Below, piece after piece: positions 22,301 to 32,005 of a stretch of DNA of 64,000 nt. The stretch spans positions 2,048,001 to 2,112,000 of the forward strand of contig CAVTTN010000002.1 in the NCBI GenBank assembly GCA_963737655.1, read 5' to 3'. Under the pieces are notes generated by a model, which was not told the DNA's origin, ran no database searches, and saw only the letters and a list, made by a program, of their open reading frames with translations. Source of the DNA: an uncultured Planctomycetota bacterium (GTDB lineage: Bacteria; Planctomycetota; Planctomycetia; Isosphaerales; Isosphaeraceae). Numbering within the stretch: the first letter of the stretch is position 1; each line of letters begins with the position of its first letter. Made by a program: the position numbers and the translations under genes.

Positions 22301-22962
22301 TCGGCGTCCTCCCGGTGGAGGTAATGGGCGTCGCTGGTGGCGACCAGCGGCAAGCCCATCGCGTTGGCCACATCCACGGCGGCCGCCGCCTGCTCCTTCT
22401 GGATCGACAGGCCGTTGTCCTGGATCTCGACGAAGAAGCCGTCCTCGCCGAAGACCTCCTGATACCACGCCGCCAGCTTCTTCGCCTCGGCGATCTTGCC
22501 GTGGAGGAGGAAGTCGGAGAACTCCGACGACACGCAGCCCGACAGGCAGATCAGCCCCTCGGAGTGCTGGCGGAGGATCTCCTTGTCGATCCGGGGCTTG
22601 TAGTAAAAGCCTTCGAGGAACGACTTGGAGCTGAGCCGCAACAGGTTGCGGACCCCCTCGCCCGTGCGGGCCAATAGCGTCAGGTGGAAGCTATGCTCCT
22701 GGCCCGACACGCCGCCGGTGGTGCGGTCGGTCCGGTGCTTCGGGGCCACATAGGCTTCGATCCCGACGATCGGCTTGAAGTCCTGGGCCTTCCCCTCGCG
22801 GAGGAACTCCGCGGCGCCGTGGAGGTTGCCGTGGTCGGTGATCGCCAGGGCGGGCATGCCCAGCACCTTGGCCCGCTTCACCAGGGCCGGCACCTTGCTC
22901 GCCCCGTCCAGGAGGCTGTAGTGGCTATGGCAATGGAGGTGGACGAAGGGCCTGGCACTCAT
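19351..22962 (-). CDS. dnaE: DNA polymerase III alpha subunit
   Basis: PHP domain HLHCHSHYSLLDG/TDHGN, RGSA.G, FERFLDP.R..PDIDID, KMDFLGL, YRPGP and YGFNKSH motifs; C-terminal OB fold. Confidence 0.97.
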   Translation of the reverse strand: MSARPFVHLHCHSHYSLLDGASKVPALVKRAKVLGMPALAITDHGNLHGAAEFLREGKAQDFKPIVGIEAYVAPKHRTDRTTGGVSGQEHSFHLTLLARTGEGVRNLLRLSSKSFLEGFYYKPRIDKEILRQHSEGLICLSGCVSSEFSDFLLHGKIAEAKKLAAWYQEVFGEDGFFVEIQDNGLSIQKEQAAAAVDVANAMGLPLVATSDAHYLHREDAEAHDVLLCVNMGKTLDDPKRMKFETKEFFVRSPDEMYAAMPGREEALKQSARIAESVEEHYKSLGFGKRQFPSFKPPEEKTPEAFLRELCEAGMKVRYGSPEPPEARARLEHELGIINRMGFASYFLIVWDFVRFARENGIASSARGSACGAIVSYLLYLSHVCPIHYDLLFERFLDPNRSEAPDIDIDIEQDRRYEVIEYVRKKYGAANVAQIGTFLTLGAKAAVKDVGRAMNLPLPRVDGVTKLIPSIPLHITIEQALIQEPALKRLRDEDPEIARLLDYAMKLEGLARNVSTHAAGVVIADRPLEELVPLQKLPNKDKDKEVVSTQWPMGDVEKAGLLKMDFLGLRNLSSLEAIVRLVNARHPEAPIDLNALPLDDPETFALLQRGETKGVFQFESAGIRDLLVKMKPDRFADIIATSALYRPGPLNGGMVDEYVNVKNKRKDAEYPHAVLKEVLEETYGVMVYQEQVMRILNRLGGIELSQAYGCIKAISKKKTEIIAQGRNQFLEGAVSRGLEKDRASKIFALIEEFGGYGFNKSHSTAYALVTFQTAYLKAHFPTEFMAAILSSEMDGAERDKFFYEHIDDCKRMGIEVLPPDVNRSGLEFRVAREGQILFGLGAIKGVGTKAVETLIRAREAGGPFLGLDDLFERVPASVVGQGCVETLIKAGAFDLMGTRPAKIRGQLLAILPRAVQSGQARQEDRKRGQRGLFDDAEGSAPEAAALSLPDVPDLPDAEMLAEEKKALGFYMSSHPLARHAPTLAAFRSHQVADLAELNDRAEVLLGGMVAGFTVRTVKPNRSGLTRMAKLAIEDLSGSTPAMLWPEELAKNEPLLKDDAIVFVKGTISRQRDPAEVIIQRVIPLEAAAAELAKGVIVTLRKGAMGRDDLERLSRHVRNHSPGGLDVFLELIGLEDVRRAVYKAGSSLKVRYDDKLMADLESVVGSGNVRLRGQNGSAPRPQARPPAEPVSIPAFGEEAVEPEED

Positions 22963-23079
22963 GGAGCGATCCTCGGTCGGCTGTACGACTGGACAGCAAG
23001 GCCAGTCTACCCGACGGCGCCTCGCCTGACCAGCCCCGGTGTTTCTCCGGGGAAGATCGGTCGGAGGGCAGGTCGTCCT

Positions 23080-23221
23080 GCAGGGTGCATGAAATGCACG
23101 AGGACGCGGCGGCCGAAGGACGCCTCCCTCCTCCCCTCCGATTCCAGGGACGAGGAGGAAGAGGAGACGGGGGGCGTCCTTCGGCCGCCGCGAGCGAGTG
23201 GGTGCATTTCATGCACCTTAC
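23080..23221. repeat. REP doublet (REPIN-like, family B)
   Basis: GGTGCATGAAATGCAC (23084-23099) is inverted at 23202-23217. An inner 20-bp inverted repeat lies at 23105-23124 / 23173-23192. Outer ends are GCAG/GTAA, resembling GTAG REP tetramers. Confidence 0.85.
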
Positions 23222-23499
23222 AAGGCGCCGACCTCGACGAGTTCCTCGGCGTCTTCGTCGGCCGAGGCGGCTTCGAGGCCCTGGACCAGCGCCCCGAGCT
23301 GCAGGGCCAACAGGCGGTCGGCCGGGGTGTGGCCTCGCAACAGGGCGAGGAAGGCATCGGCCCCGAGGATCACGGCCTTGGGCTTGCTGTGGATTGTCAG
23401 GACGCACCGGGCCGACGGATCTTCCAGGCCCTCCAGGACCTTCGGGAGATCGCGGTGGAGCTCGCGGCTGCCGATGAAGCGGACGCGCTGATGGGCCAT
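23218..23499 (-). CDS. Phd/YefM-type antitoxin-like protein (orphan)
   Basis: IGSRELHRDLPKVL...VLTIHSKPKAVIL..DAF matches the Phd/YefM N-terminal pattern; acidic C-terminus. Confidence 0.7.
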   Translation of the reverse strand: MAHQRVRFIGSRELHRDLPKVLEGLEDPSARCVLTIHSKPKAVILGADAFLALLRGHTPADRLLALQLGALVQGLEAASADEDAEELVEVGAL

Positions 23500-23674
23500 G
23501 ACCATCCCCTGGCCGGTCGGTGCCGGATGCGATGGGAACTCTCGGCGACGAGAAACGTGAGGGGTCGCCGACGGGAAGGCGGAGGTGACGTACCCAGGGT
23601 AACCGCCTCCGGCCCGGAGGTCAACCATCCATTCTCGCGGAACGCGGTGGCCGGCGACGGAATTCTCGGGATCG

Positions 23675-25403
23675 TCACGAACCGGGCTTTCCCGGGGGTT
23701 TGGCCTCGGCGCCGTCGCCGGGGGGCGGCTCGGGGCGGAGTCCGGCCCTCTTCTTGAGGAGGTCGCGGAGCTCGCGATGGGCGCCGTAGCGGTGGAGGGC
23801 GTCCTGGCGGATCTGCTGGGCCTCGGCGGCCTTGCCCCGCTCCTCCAGGTGGTCGGCGTCGTCCAGGGCCTTGACCAGGGCCGCGCGGCGGTCGCGGATG
23901 TCCCGGGTCAGGGCCTCGGCCCTCTCGGAGGCCAGGAGGACCCAGGGCCGTTCGTCGGGGTCCTGCGCAGTCGAGCTCGTCGGCCATCCGTCGCCAGGAG
24001 GCCAGGGCGTCCTCGTCCCGGCCGTCCTTCTTCGCGCCGATGGCCTCGTTGGAGGCGAGCACGAACCGCTCCTCGGCCGGCCCCTTGGGCTGGCTGGCCA
24101 GGACGAGGCTGGGGTGTTCGAGGATCGCGGCGCGGCGGCGGATCCTCTCCAGGGCGATCTTGTCTCGCCAGGCGCGCTTCTCCTCGACGAACTGTTCCGG
24201 GAACCGGCGGTCGAGCTCGGAGATGTAATCGCGCTCGGCCTCGTGCCAGGCGGAGGGGGCGTCGCGGGCCATCCTCTCGGCGGCCCGGCGGTGGAGCTCC
24301 TCGGCCGAGAGCGGCCAGAGCATGAACGCCGTGAACGTGAGCCCGCCGGCCAGGGCCAGGGCCAGGCCGATCGTCCCCAGGTCGCGCCCTCGGGGCACTT
24401 CCCAGTCGGCGAACGTCGCCAGGCCGGCTTTCTTCGGCTTCTTCACCGGGGCCGTCGTCGTGCTGATCGTCGGCGAGTTGGCCGAGACGGTGGCCGTGCC
24501 GTCCATCGGCCCGCCGAGCCTCGCCGGCGGGCCTCCGGCGAAGACCATCGGGATCTTGTCGCCCCGCTCGGCCTTTTCCACGAGCTCGGCCAGGTCGGCG
24601 CGGACCTTCTCGGCGTCGAACGGCCGTTTGCTCATGTCCTTGTCCATGAGCATCAGGATCAGGTCGTCCAGGGCCCGGGGGACCTCCGGGTTCTTGCTGC
24701 TGACCCGGGGCGGGGGCTCGGCCAGGTGCATGTGCATCAGGACCACCGCCGAGTTCCCCCGGAACGGCGTCTGGCCGGTCAGGAGCTGGAAGAGCAGGCA
24801 GCCCAGGGCGTACAGGTCGGTCTTGTGGCTGACCGGCGGGTTGCCCCGGATCTGCTCCGGGGCCATGTAGGCCGCGGTGCCCAGGGTCCGCCCGGTGGCC
24901 GTCAGGGCCTCGGCCTCGGGATTGTCATCCTTGGCGATCCCGAAGTCCGTGAGCTTGATCTGGCCGGAGTCCGAGAACAGCAGATTCGACGGCTTGAGGT
25001 CCCGGTGGATGATCTGCCGGTCGTGAGCGTAGTGGAGGGCGTCGCAGATCTGCACCGCGTACTTCGCCACCTCCAGCCACGAGAGCGACCCCCGCCGGTC
25101 CAGCAAGTCCTCCAGGGTCCCTCCGGTCAGGTACTCCATCGCCACGTAATCGACGCCCTGATACCGCCCCCGGGCGAGGAACCGGACGATGTGAGGGTGG
25201 CGGAACTTCTCGAGGATCTTGGCCTCGCGCTCGAACCGCTTGGGGATCCGGGCCTTGGACCCGGCCTCTCCCGTGATGATTTTCACGGCGGCGTGCATCG
25301 GCGGTCGGTCCGGCCTCTCGTAGAGGGCCCGGAAGACCACCCCCATCGCGCCGGCGCCGATCTTCTCCTCGATCAGGAACGACCCGAGACGCTGACCGAT
25401 CAT
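23675..25403 (-). CDS. Membrane-anchored Hanks-type Ser/Thr protein kinase, one +1 frameshift at ~23969
   Basis: IGAGAMGVV, AVK, HRDLKPSN, DFG and GTAAYMAPE motifs plus a TM helix. The corrected frame gives ELDAQDPDERPWVLLAS...PPGKPGS* (575 aa). Confidence 0.9.
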
Positions 25404-26220
25404 CGTTGGCAATCGACGGGGGTTGAGAGGGGACGTGAACTCCGGCGAGCCAGGATAACCCAGCGGACGCCCCGAACGCATCTAGGAATCGGGAAAAACC
25501 GGGAGAGGCGGGGCCCTCCCGATCCTCGACCCGCCTCGGCCGTCGTCGTCCATCGACCAGGAGGAATGGGTAATTGGGGTCAAGTTTGACCCTGGGGGGG
25601 CACGAGAGGAAATATGGAAGAAACCTCAAATCATGGAGTCGGCAAAGTTCTTCAATCGTCCATCGCCGAAAAGTTGACTCCACTTTTCCCGCCAAAATCG
25701 CGAAAAGGGCGGAAATCCCCGGGGATTCGCGCGCGCAACGACCCGTGCGCGAGCACGATCGCTCACGTCGGCAGATTTAAGTTCAAAATCCACAAATCCA
25801 GCCCTCTTTCGGAGATGCGAAAAGGCGCCCGGCGAGCCGATCGGCCCGGATCGCGCCACGATCCCGGGACACTCCGAGGGGCCGCGAGTCATCCACGAAG
25901 TTTCAGGCCATCGCGTGTTCTTGTCATGAATCAGGCCATGGGAAATCCCGGCCGACGGATTCGGTGATCGTCGGGGCCCGCGCCCCCGATGATCCGGGTT
26001 AAGCGTCCGGCGTCGAGGAGCCTCCTCGATTCCGGGCGCAGCCGAACCGGAGTTTCCAAAGCCGACTGCCTCGGGTCCGGGCCCCTCATCCATTGGCTCT
26101 TGAGGGCGTGGGGATTCGCGAGAATCGGCGCGGAATCTCGGGAACGGGTGGCGTTTGAGGCGTTAAAGTGTTCGGCATGCGCCGGCGTGAGAAATTTTCC
26201 CGACGACGGGGGGATCGACC

Positions 26221-27230
26221 ATGAGCTTCTGGGACACTCTCGAAGGCATCGGCGAGGGGATCGTCACGGGAGTCGTCGCGGGCGGGGTGGCCGGGGCCGT
26301 GATCGGGGGGGTGGCCGGGGCCCTGGGCGGAGGGGGGGCCGCCGCCGCCGCGGCCGGTGCGGAGGCCGGGGCCGCCGCCGGGGCCACGGCCGGCGGGCTC
26401 GGGGCGCCGTCCTGGGGGCGGCCGGGGCGGGGATCTCCCAGTTCTTCCACTGGCGACACCTCACCGGCGCCGAACAGGCCCTGGCCCAGCAGGTCTTCCA
26501 GGGCTCGCTCGGCTCCCTCAGCGACATCGTGATCACCGACATCATCGGCGCCTCGAGCCGGCCGTTCACGATCCCCGGCTCGCTGATGCCGGTCCTGGGA
26601 TCGGTCTTCCCCAGCCTCGCCTTCGGCTGGCTCACGGCGCCCACCCTGCTGTCGAAATACCTGGTCAACCTCGGGGCCGAGGGGTATGCCGACGGCTTCA
26701 TGTCGGGCGTCTCCAAGGGCAAGAAGCCCGGCCAGAACCTGGCCCACGAGCTCACCCACGTCTGGCAGGGCCGGCACGACGGATTCGCCTGGAACTACGT
26801 GATCAACTCGGTCAAGAACCAGCTCTTCTGCGGCCTCGGCGCCTACGACTATCCGAGCGGCGCCGGCGCCGAGTGGAACACCTACCAGGCCGAGCAGCAG
26901 GCGCACATCGTCGAGGACTGGTACTCGCACGGGGCCACCGAGGTCGCCACCAACGACTATTACTTCTACAAGACCAATCCGAATCTGAACTTCATCGACC
27001 TGTTCCGCTACGTGAAGTGCAACATCCGCACCGGCAACCCCGACGCCGACTCCACCCCGAGCCAGCCGACGCAGCTGGACCTCCTCAAGGCGAATTCGAC
27101 GATCATCTCCCGGTTCCCCCTCCCGGGAACGCCGACGCCGAAGCCGGCCCCCGCACCGGCCCCGGCACCCGCGGCGCCGGCCCATTACGACATCGCCCAC
27201 CAGACGAAGATCAATCTCTTCGGCAAATGA
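26221..27230 (+). CDS. Glycine-zipper N-terminus + HExxH zincin-like metallopeptidase domain; frameshift at ~26402
   Basis: GxxxG-rich GIGEGIVTGVVAGGVAGAVIGG joins GAVLGAAGAGISQFF after adding 1 nt. Motifs RHLTGAE..A..VF, AHELTHVWQ and EQQAHIVEDW; 336 aa corrected. Confidence 0.75.
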
Positions 27231-27251
27231 GAGGGTCGGCTCGCCGGCCGG

Positions 27252-29642
27252 TCAGGACGACGCCGGGACCGCCTTCCATCGCCAGTCGAGGATCTCGGGC
27301 ATGTCCTGGCCGTGCTTGCGGATGTACTGGTTGTGGTCGATCAGCTTGTCGCGGACGTGCTGCTTGGCATAGGCCGCCAGCCCGCCGAGCTGGGGCAAGC
27401 GGTCCACGGCGTCCCCGACGAGGTGGAAGCGGTCCAGGTCATTCATGACGGCCATGTCGAACGGGGTGGAGATCGTGCCCTCCTCCTTGTAGCCCCGGAC
27501 GTGGATGTTGTGGTGGTTGGTCCGGCGATAGGTCAGCCGGTGGATCAGCCAGGGGTAGCCGTGGTAGGCGAAGATCACCGGCTTGTCCGTGGTGAACAGG
27601 GTGTCGAAGTCGTGGTCGCTCAGGCCGTGGGGGTGCTCGGTCTCGGGCTGGAGCCTCATCAGGTCCACCACGTTGACCACCCGGATCTTGAGGTCGGGGG
27701 CGAGCTCTCGGAGGATCTGGACCGCGGCGAGCGTCTCCAACGTGGGGACGTCCCCGGCGCAGCCCATCACGACGTCGGGCTCGGCCCCCCTGTCGTTGCT
27801 CGCCCATTCCCAGATGCCGATCCCGGCCGTGCAGTGCTTCACGGCCTCGTCCATCGAGAGCCACTGCGGGGACGGATGCTTGCTCGCCACCACCACGTTG
27901 ACGTAGTGCCGGCTCTTCAGGCAATGGTCCACCACCGAGAGCAGCGTGTTGGTGTCGGGGGGCAGATAAACGCGGACGATTTCCGCCTTCTTGTTGCAGA
28001 CGTGGTCGATGAACCCCGGGTCCTGGTGGGTGAACCCGTTGTGGTCCTGCCTCCACACGTGAGAGGCCAGGAGGATGTTCAAGGACGCGATCGGCCTCCG
28101 CCACGGGATGTGCCGGGTGACCTTCAGCCACTTGGCGTGCTGGTTGAACATCGAGTCGATGATGTGGATGAACGCCTCGTAGCAATTGAACAGGCCGTGG
28201 CGGCCGGTGAGCAGGTAGCCTTCGAGCCACCCCTCGCACTGGTGCTCGCTGAGGACCTCGACCACCCGGCCGGTCGGGGCGAGGTGGTCGTCGGTGGCGA
28301 TGACCTCGGCCTCCCACTGCTTGTTCGTGGCCTCGAAGACGGCGGTCAGGCGGTTCGAGGCGGTCTCGTCGGGGCCGAAGATGCGGAAGTTCCTGGCGTC
28401 GTCGTTCTTCACGATCACGTCGCGGAGGAACTTGCCCAGGGTCCGGGCGTCCTCGTTCATGATCGCGCCCGGTGAGGGGACGTCGATGGCGTAATCGCGG
28501 AAATCCGGGAGGCGGAGGTCCCTCAGGAGGATTCCGCCGTTGGCGTGGGGGTTCGCGCCCATCCGTCGGAGCCCTTTCGGGGCGAGGTCTCGCAATTCGG
28601 CGAGCAGCCGGCCCGATTCGTCGAACAATTCCTCGGGCCGATAGCCCCGGAGCCACTGTTCCAGGAGCTTGAGGTGCTCGGGATGCCCCGACGGCTCGGA
28701 CAGGGGGACCTGGTGGGCCCGATACGTCCCCTCGACCGGCAGCCCATCGACGAACTTGGGCCCGGTCCAGCCCTTCGGGGTCTCCAGGACGATCATCGGC
28801 CAGGTCGGACGCTTGCCCGAGGACGCCCCGGATCGCGCCTCGGACTGGATCCTGCGGATCTCGACGAAAACCTCGTCCAGGGCTTCGGCCATCAGCCTGT
28901 GCATCGTCTCGGGGTCGTCGCCCGAGACGAACCGCGGGGCGTAGCCGTAGCCTTTCAGCAGCATCGTCAGCTCTTCCCGGCCGATCCGGGCGAGGATCGT
29001 CGGGTTGGCGATCTTGTATCCGTTGAGGTGGAGGATCGGCAGGACGGCGCCATCGGTCGCCGGGTTCAGGAACTTGTTGCCGTGCCATCCGGTGGCCAGG
29101 GGGCCGGTCTCGGCCTCGCCGTCGCCGACCACGCAGGCGACCACGAGATCCGGGTTGTCGAACGCGGCGCCGAAGGCGTGGCTGAGGCTGTATCCGAGCT
29201 CGCCGCCCTCGTGGATCGAACCGGGCGTCTCGGGGGCGACGTGGCTCGGGATGCCCCCGGGGAAGGAGAACTGCTTGAACAGGCTTTTCAGGCCCGGCTC
29301 GTCCTCGGTGATGTTCGAATACAGCTCGCTGTACGTCCCTTCGAGATAGGTGTTCGCCACCAGGGCGGGGCCGCCATGCCCGGGGCCGGAGATGTAGATC
29401 ATGTCCACGTCGAGCTTTTTGATGATCCGGTTCAGATGGACGTACACGAAGTTCTGGCCCGGCGTCGTCCCCCAGTGGCCGAGGAGCCGGGGCTTGACGT
29501 GCTCCAGGGCCAACGGCTCGCGGAGGAGCGGGTTGTCGAGCAGGTAGATCTGGCCGACGGACAGGTAATTGGCGGCCCGCCAGTAGGCGTCCATCTTGCG
29601 GAGGAGGTCGGTCGAGGCGGAGGCGGAGGCGGTCGCATCCAT
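27252..29642 (-). CDS. xfp: Xylulose-5-P/fructose-6-P phosphoketolase
   Basis: [55 protein letters not shown] and GYKEEG motifs. ATG 29642 with GGAG 7 nt upstream. Confidence 0.95.
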   Translation of the reverse strand: MDATASASASTDLLRKMDAYWRAANYLSVGQIYLLDNPLLREPLALEHVKPRLLGHWGTTPGQNFVYVHLNRIIKKLDVDMIYISGPGHGGPALVANTYLEGTYSELYSNITEDEPGLKSLFKQFSFPGGIPSHVAPETPGSIHEGGELGYSLSHAFGAAFDNPDLVVACVVGDGEAETGPLATGWHGNKFLNPATDGAVLPILHLNGYKIANPTILARIGREELTMLLKGYGYAPRFVSGDDPETMHRLMAEALDEVFVEIRRIQSEARSGASSGKRPTWPMIVLETPKGWTGPKFVDGLPVEGTYRAHQVPLSEPSGHPEHLKLLEQWLRGYRPEELFDESGRLLAELRDLAPKGLRRMGANPHANGGILLRDLRLPDFRDYAIDVPSPGAIMNEDARTLGKFLRDVIVKNDDARNFRIFGPDETASNRLTAVFEATNKQWEAEVIATDDHLAPTGRVVEVLSEHQCEGWLEGYLLTGRHGLFNCYEAFIHIIDSMFNQHAKWLKVTRHIPWRRPIASLNILLASHVWRQDHNGFTHQDPGFIDHVCNKKAEIVRVYLPPDTNTLLSVVDHCLKSRHYVNVVVASKHPSPQWLSMDEAVKHCTAGIGIWEWASNDRGAEPDVVMGCAGDVPTLETLAAVQILRELAPDLKIRVVNVVDLMRLQPETEHPHGLSDHDFDTLFTTDKPVIFAYHGYPWLIHRLTYRRTNHHNIHVRGYKEEGTISTPFDMAVMNDLDRFHLVGDAVDRLPQLGGLAAYAKQHVRDKLIDHNQYIRKHGQDMPEILDWRWKAVPASS

Positions 29643-29680
29643 CGGGCGGCTCCGGGGTCCGGGCGGATGGTCCTGGGGGA

Positions 29681-30797
29681 TCGACAGGCGGGCGACGGCC
29701 CGAGCGATCATGATCTCTTCATCGGTGCGGATCAGGCGGACCGAGACGCGGGAGGCCGAGAGGACCGGCTCGCCCGAGGCATTGCGGGCCGGGTCCAGGG
29801 CGATCCCGAGATGGCCCAGCCCTTCGCAGACCCTCCGGCGGACCTCGGGCGAATTCTCGCCGATCCCCCCGGCGAAGACCAGCGTGTCCAGCCCCCCGAG
29901 GGCCGCGGCCAGGGCGCCGATCTCCTTCTTGATCCGGTAACAGAACAGGGCCAGCGCCTCGGCGGCCCTCGGGTCGTCGGCTTCTCGGGCCAGGAGGTCG
30001 CGGACGTCGGCCGAGGTCTCCGAGACGCCCAGCAAGCCCGATTCGTGGGCCGACAGCCGGGCGAACCGTTGGGGAGACATCCCCTCGACCCTCGCCAGGA
30101 ATGGGCCGAGCGCGGGGTCGAGGTCTCCGGAGCGAGTCCCCATGACCACGCCCGAGGCCGGGGTGAAGCCCATCGTGGTCTCGAGAGACCGGCCGTCGAG
30201 GACCGCCGCCAGGCTCGAACCCGATCCCAGATGGGCCAGGATCACCCGGCCCCGCGCGGCCTCGACGCCGGCCTCGCGCGCGAGTTCTTCGAGCAAGTAT
30301 TCATAAGACAGCCCGTGGAACCCGTAGCGGCGGACGCCCATCGCCTCATACCGCCGGGGGACCGGCACGATCCGGGCGACCCGGGGCAGGTCGCGATGGA
30401 ACGCGGTGTCGAAGCAGGCGACCTGGACGAGCGACGGGTCGAGCTCGCGGACCGCCTCGATCAACGAGACCTCGGCCGGCAGGTGCTCGGGGTCGAGCGG
30501 GGCGAGTCGCTTCAATTCGGCCAGGAGCGAGTCGGTCACCAACTCGGGCGTCGTGAAGATCCCTCCGCCGTGGACCACCCGATGCCCCACGCGGGCCACG
30601 GCGGCCAGCCCGCCGAGCGGCCCGAGTCGGTCGATCACGGCCCCCAGGGCCGACCGGATGTCGGCCGCGCCGACCCGCTCGACCCGGCCCGAGAGGCGCC
30701 GGGCGGACGGGTCGTCCGCGTCGAACACGGCGAACTTCAGGCTGGACGATCCGGCGTTGATCGCCAGGAGGAGCGAGCGTCCCTCGGTCCGGTCCAA
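29681..30797 (-). CDS. ackA: Acetate kinase (in-frame with xfp as sequenced)
   Basis: [56 protein letters not shown] and TDEE motifs. TTG start with GGAGG. Confidence 0.93.
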
Positions 30798-31231
30798 GGT
30801 CGATGCCTCCGGTTCGTCGCGGGGATCCGCCTGAGGACGATCGTCGTCCGGTCGGGCCGCCAGGATAGCACGATCCGACGGCCGGGGCGAGGGACGGTCG
30901 CGATGGAACGGCGGATCGCGGTCCCGGGCATGGACTTGCCCGCGAGCGACGGTCGAGAGGGCGGTCCGCCGGGGCCGGGGCCGCCCGAGACGTCGCAAGT
31001 CGCCCCTCGCCTGGCCTTAGGTCGCGCGGCGTCGGCCCGTCCCGGACGGTCGCGCTTCGGCACGTCTTTTGCCAAGGCGTGCCCATGTTGGCATATCCTG
31101 CCCTTTCCCGAGGCCGCCGATCCCCTCGGCCCCGGCCCCTCGTCGCGAGATGGGGGCCGGGGCCCGGGGATCGAACCGGGCGGGTCGCGGGGCCGGGAGC
31201 CGACGACACCCAGGAACAAAGGGGAGCGACC

Positions 31232-31942
31232 ATGGTCGAGAAGGCACGACGCGGCTTCGCCGCGATGGACCCCGAGGAGCAGAGGGAGATCGCCCGCAAG
31301 GGCGGCAAGGCTTCCCAAGGCGGCCGGGACCGCGAGGACGAAAGGGAGGAGGACGACCGGGGCGAGAACCGGCGGGGCGGCAACGGCGGATCCCGACGGG
31401 GCTTCGCCGCGATGGACCCGGAGGAGCAGCGCGAGATCGCCAGCGAGGGGGGCCGCGAGGCCCATCGGCGGGGGACGGCCCACGAGTTCGACTCGGAGGA
31501 AGCCGCCGAGGCCGGCCGCCGAGGCGGAGAGGCCGTCAGCCGCGACCGCGAGCACATGGCCGAGATCGGCCGCAAGGGCGGCCACGCCTCGCACCACCGC
31601 AATGCAGCCTTCTACCACGAGTCGGCCGCCCACCACCACCGCCAGGCCGCCCGCCACCACGAGTCCGGCGACGCCGAGGAGGCCGAGCGCCACGCCCGGA
31701 CCGCCCACGGACACAGCCAGAGCGCCCACGAGCACAGCCGCCGCGGGTTCGCCGCGATGGACCCGGAGGAGCAGCGCGAGGTCGCCCGCAAGGGCGGCGA
31801 GGCCTCCCACGGCGGCCGGGGCCTTGACGAGGAGGATGAGGACGACGAGGACGAGTCCGGCGTCGGCGGAGGCCGACGGACCCGGGGCGGATCGTCCGAG
31901 CAGCACGCCCGGGCCGGCCGCCAGAGCCACAAGAACTCCTGA
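31232..31942 (+). CDS. KGG-repeat general stress protein with an internal His-rich helical segment
   Basis: Three RGFAAMDPEEQRE(I/V)A repeats, HEFDSEEA..AGR.GG, REHMAEIGRKGG and GGSSEQHARAGRQSHKN motifs. Confidence 0.88.
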   Translation: MVEKARRGFAAMDPEEQREIARKGGKASQGGRDREDEREEDDRGENRRGGNGGSRRGFAAMDPEEQREIASEGGREAHRRGTAHEFDSEEAAEAGRRGGEAVSRDREHMAEIGRKGGHASHHRNAAFYHESAAHHHRQAARHHESGDAEEAERHARTAHGHSQSAHEHSRRGFAAMDPEEQREVARKGGEASHGGRGLDEEDEDDEDESGVGGGRRTRGGSSEQHARAGRQSHKNS

Positions 31943-31961
31943 CCCTCGCCGAGAGGATCGG

Positions 31962-31992
31962 CCCGCCCCGCCGGAGGCCCCGGCGGGGCGGG
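31962..31992. terminator. Hairpin between the convergent KGG gene and glgP
   Basis: CCCGCCCCGCCGG-AGGCC-CCGGCGGGGCGGG, 13-bp stem. Confidence 0.6.
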
Positions 31993-32005
31993 ATCGTTCC
32001 CTCGC

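Noticed and set aside
19351..22962. Possible intein or split in dnaE
   Set aside because: Length (1203 aa) and motif order are normal, and no intein motifs were seen.
23397..23969. ORF-track C-terminal extension of the kinase overlapping the Phd-like gene
   Set aside because: Caused by the +1 indel at ~23969; the corrected frame stops at 23675.
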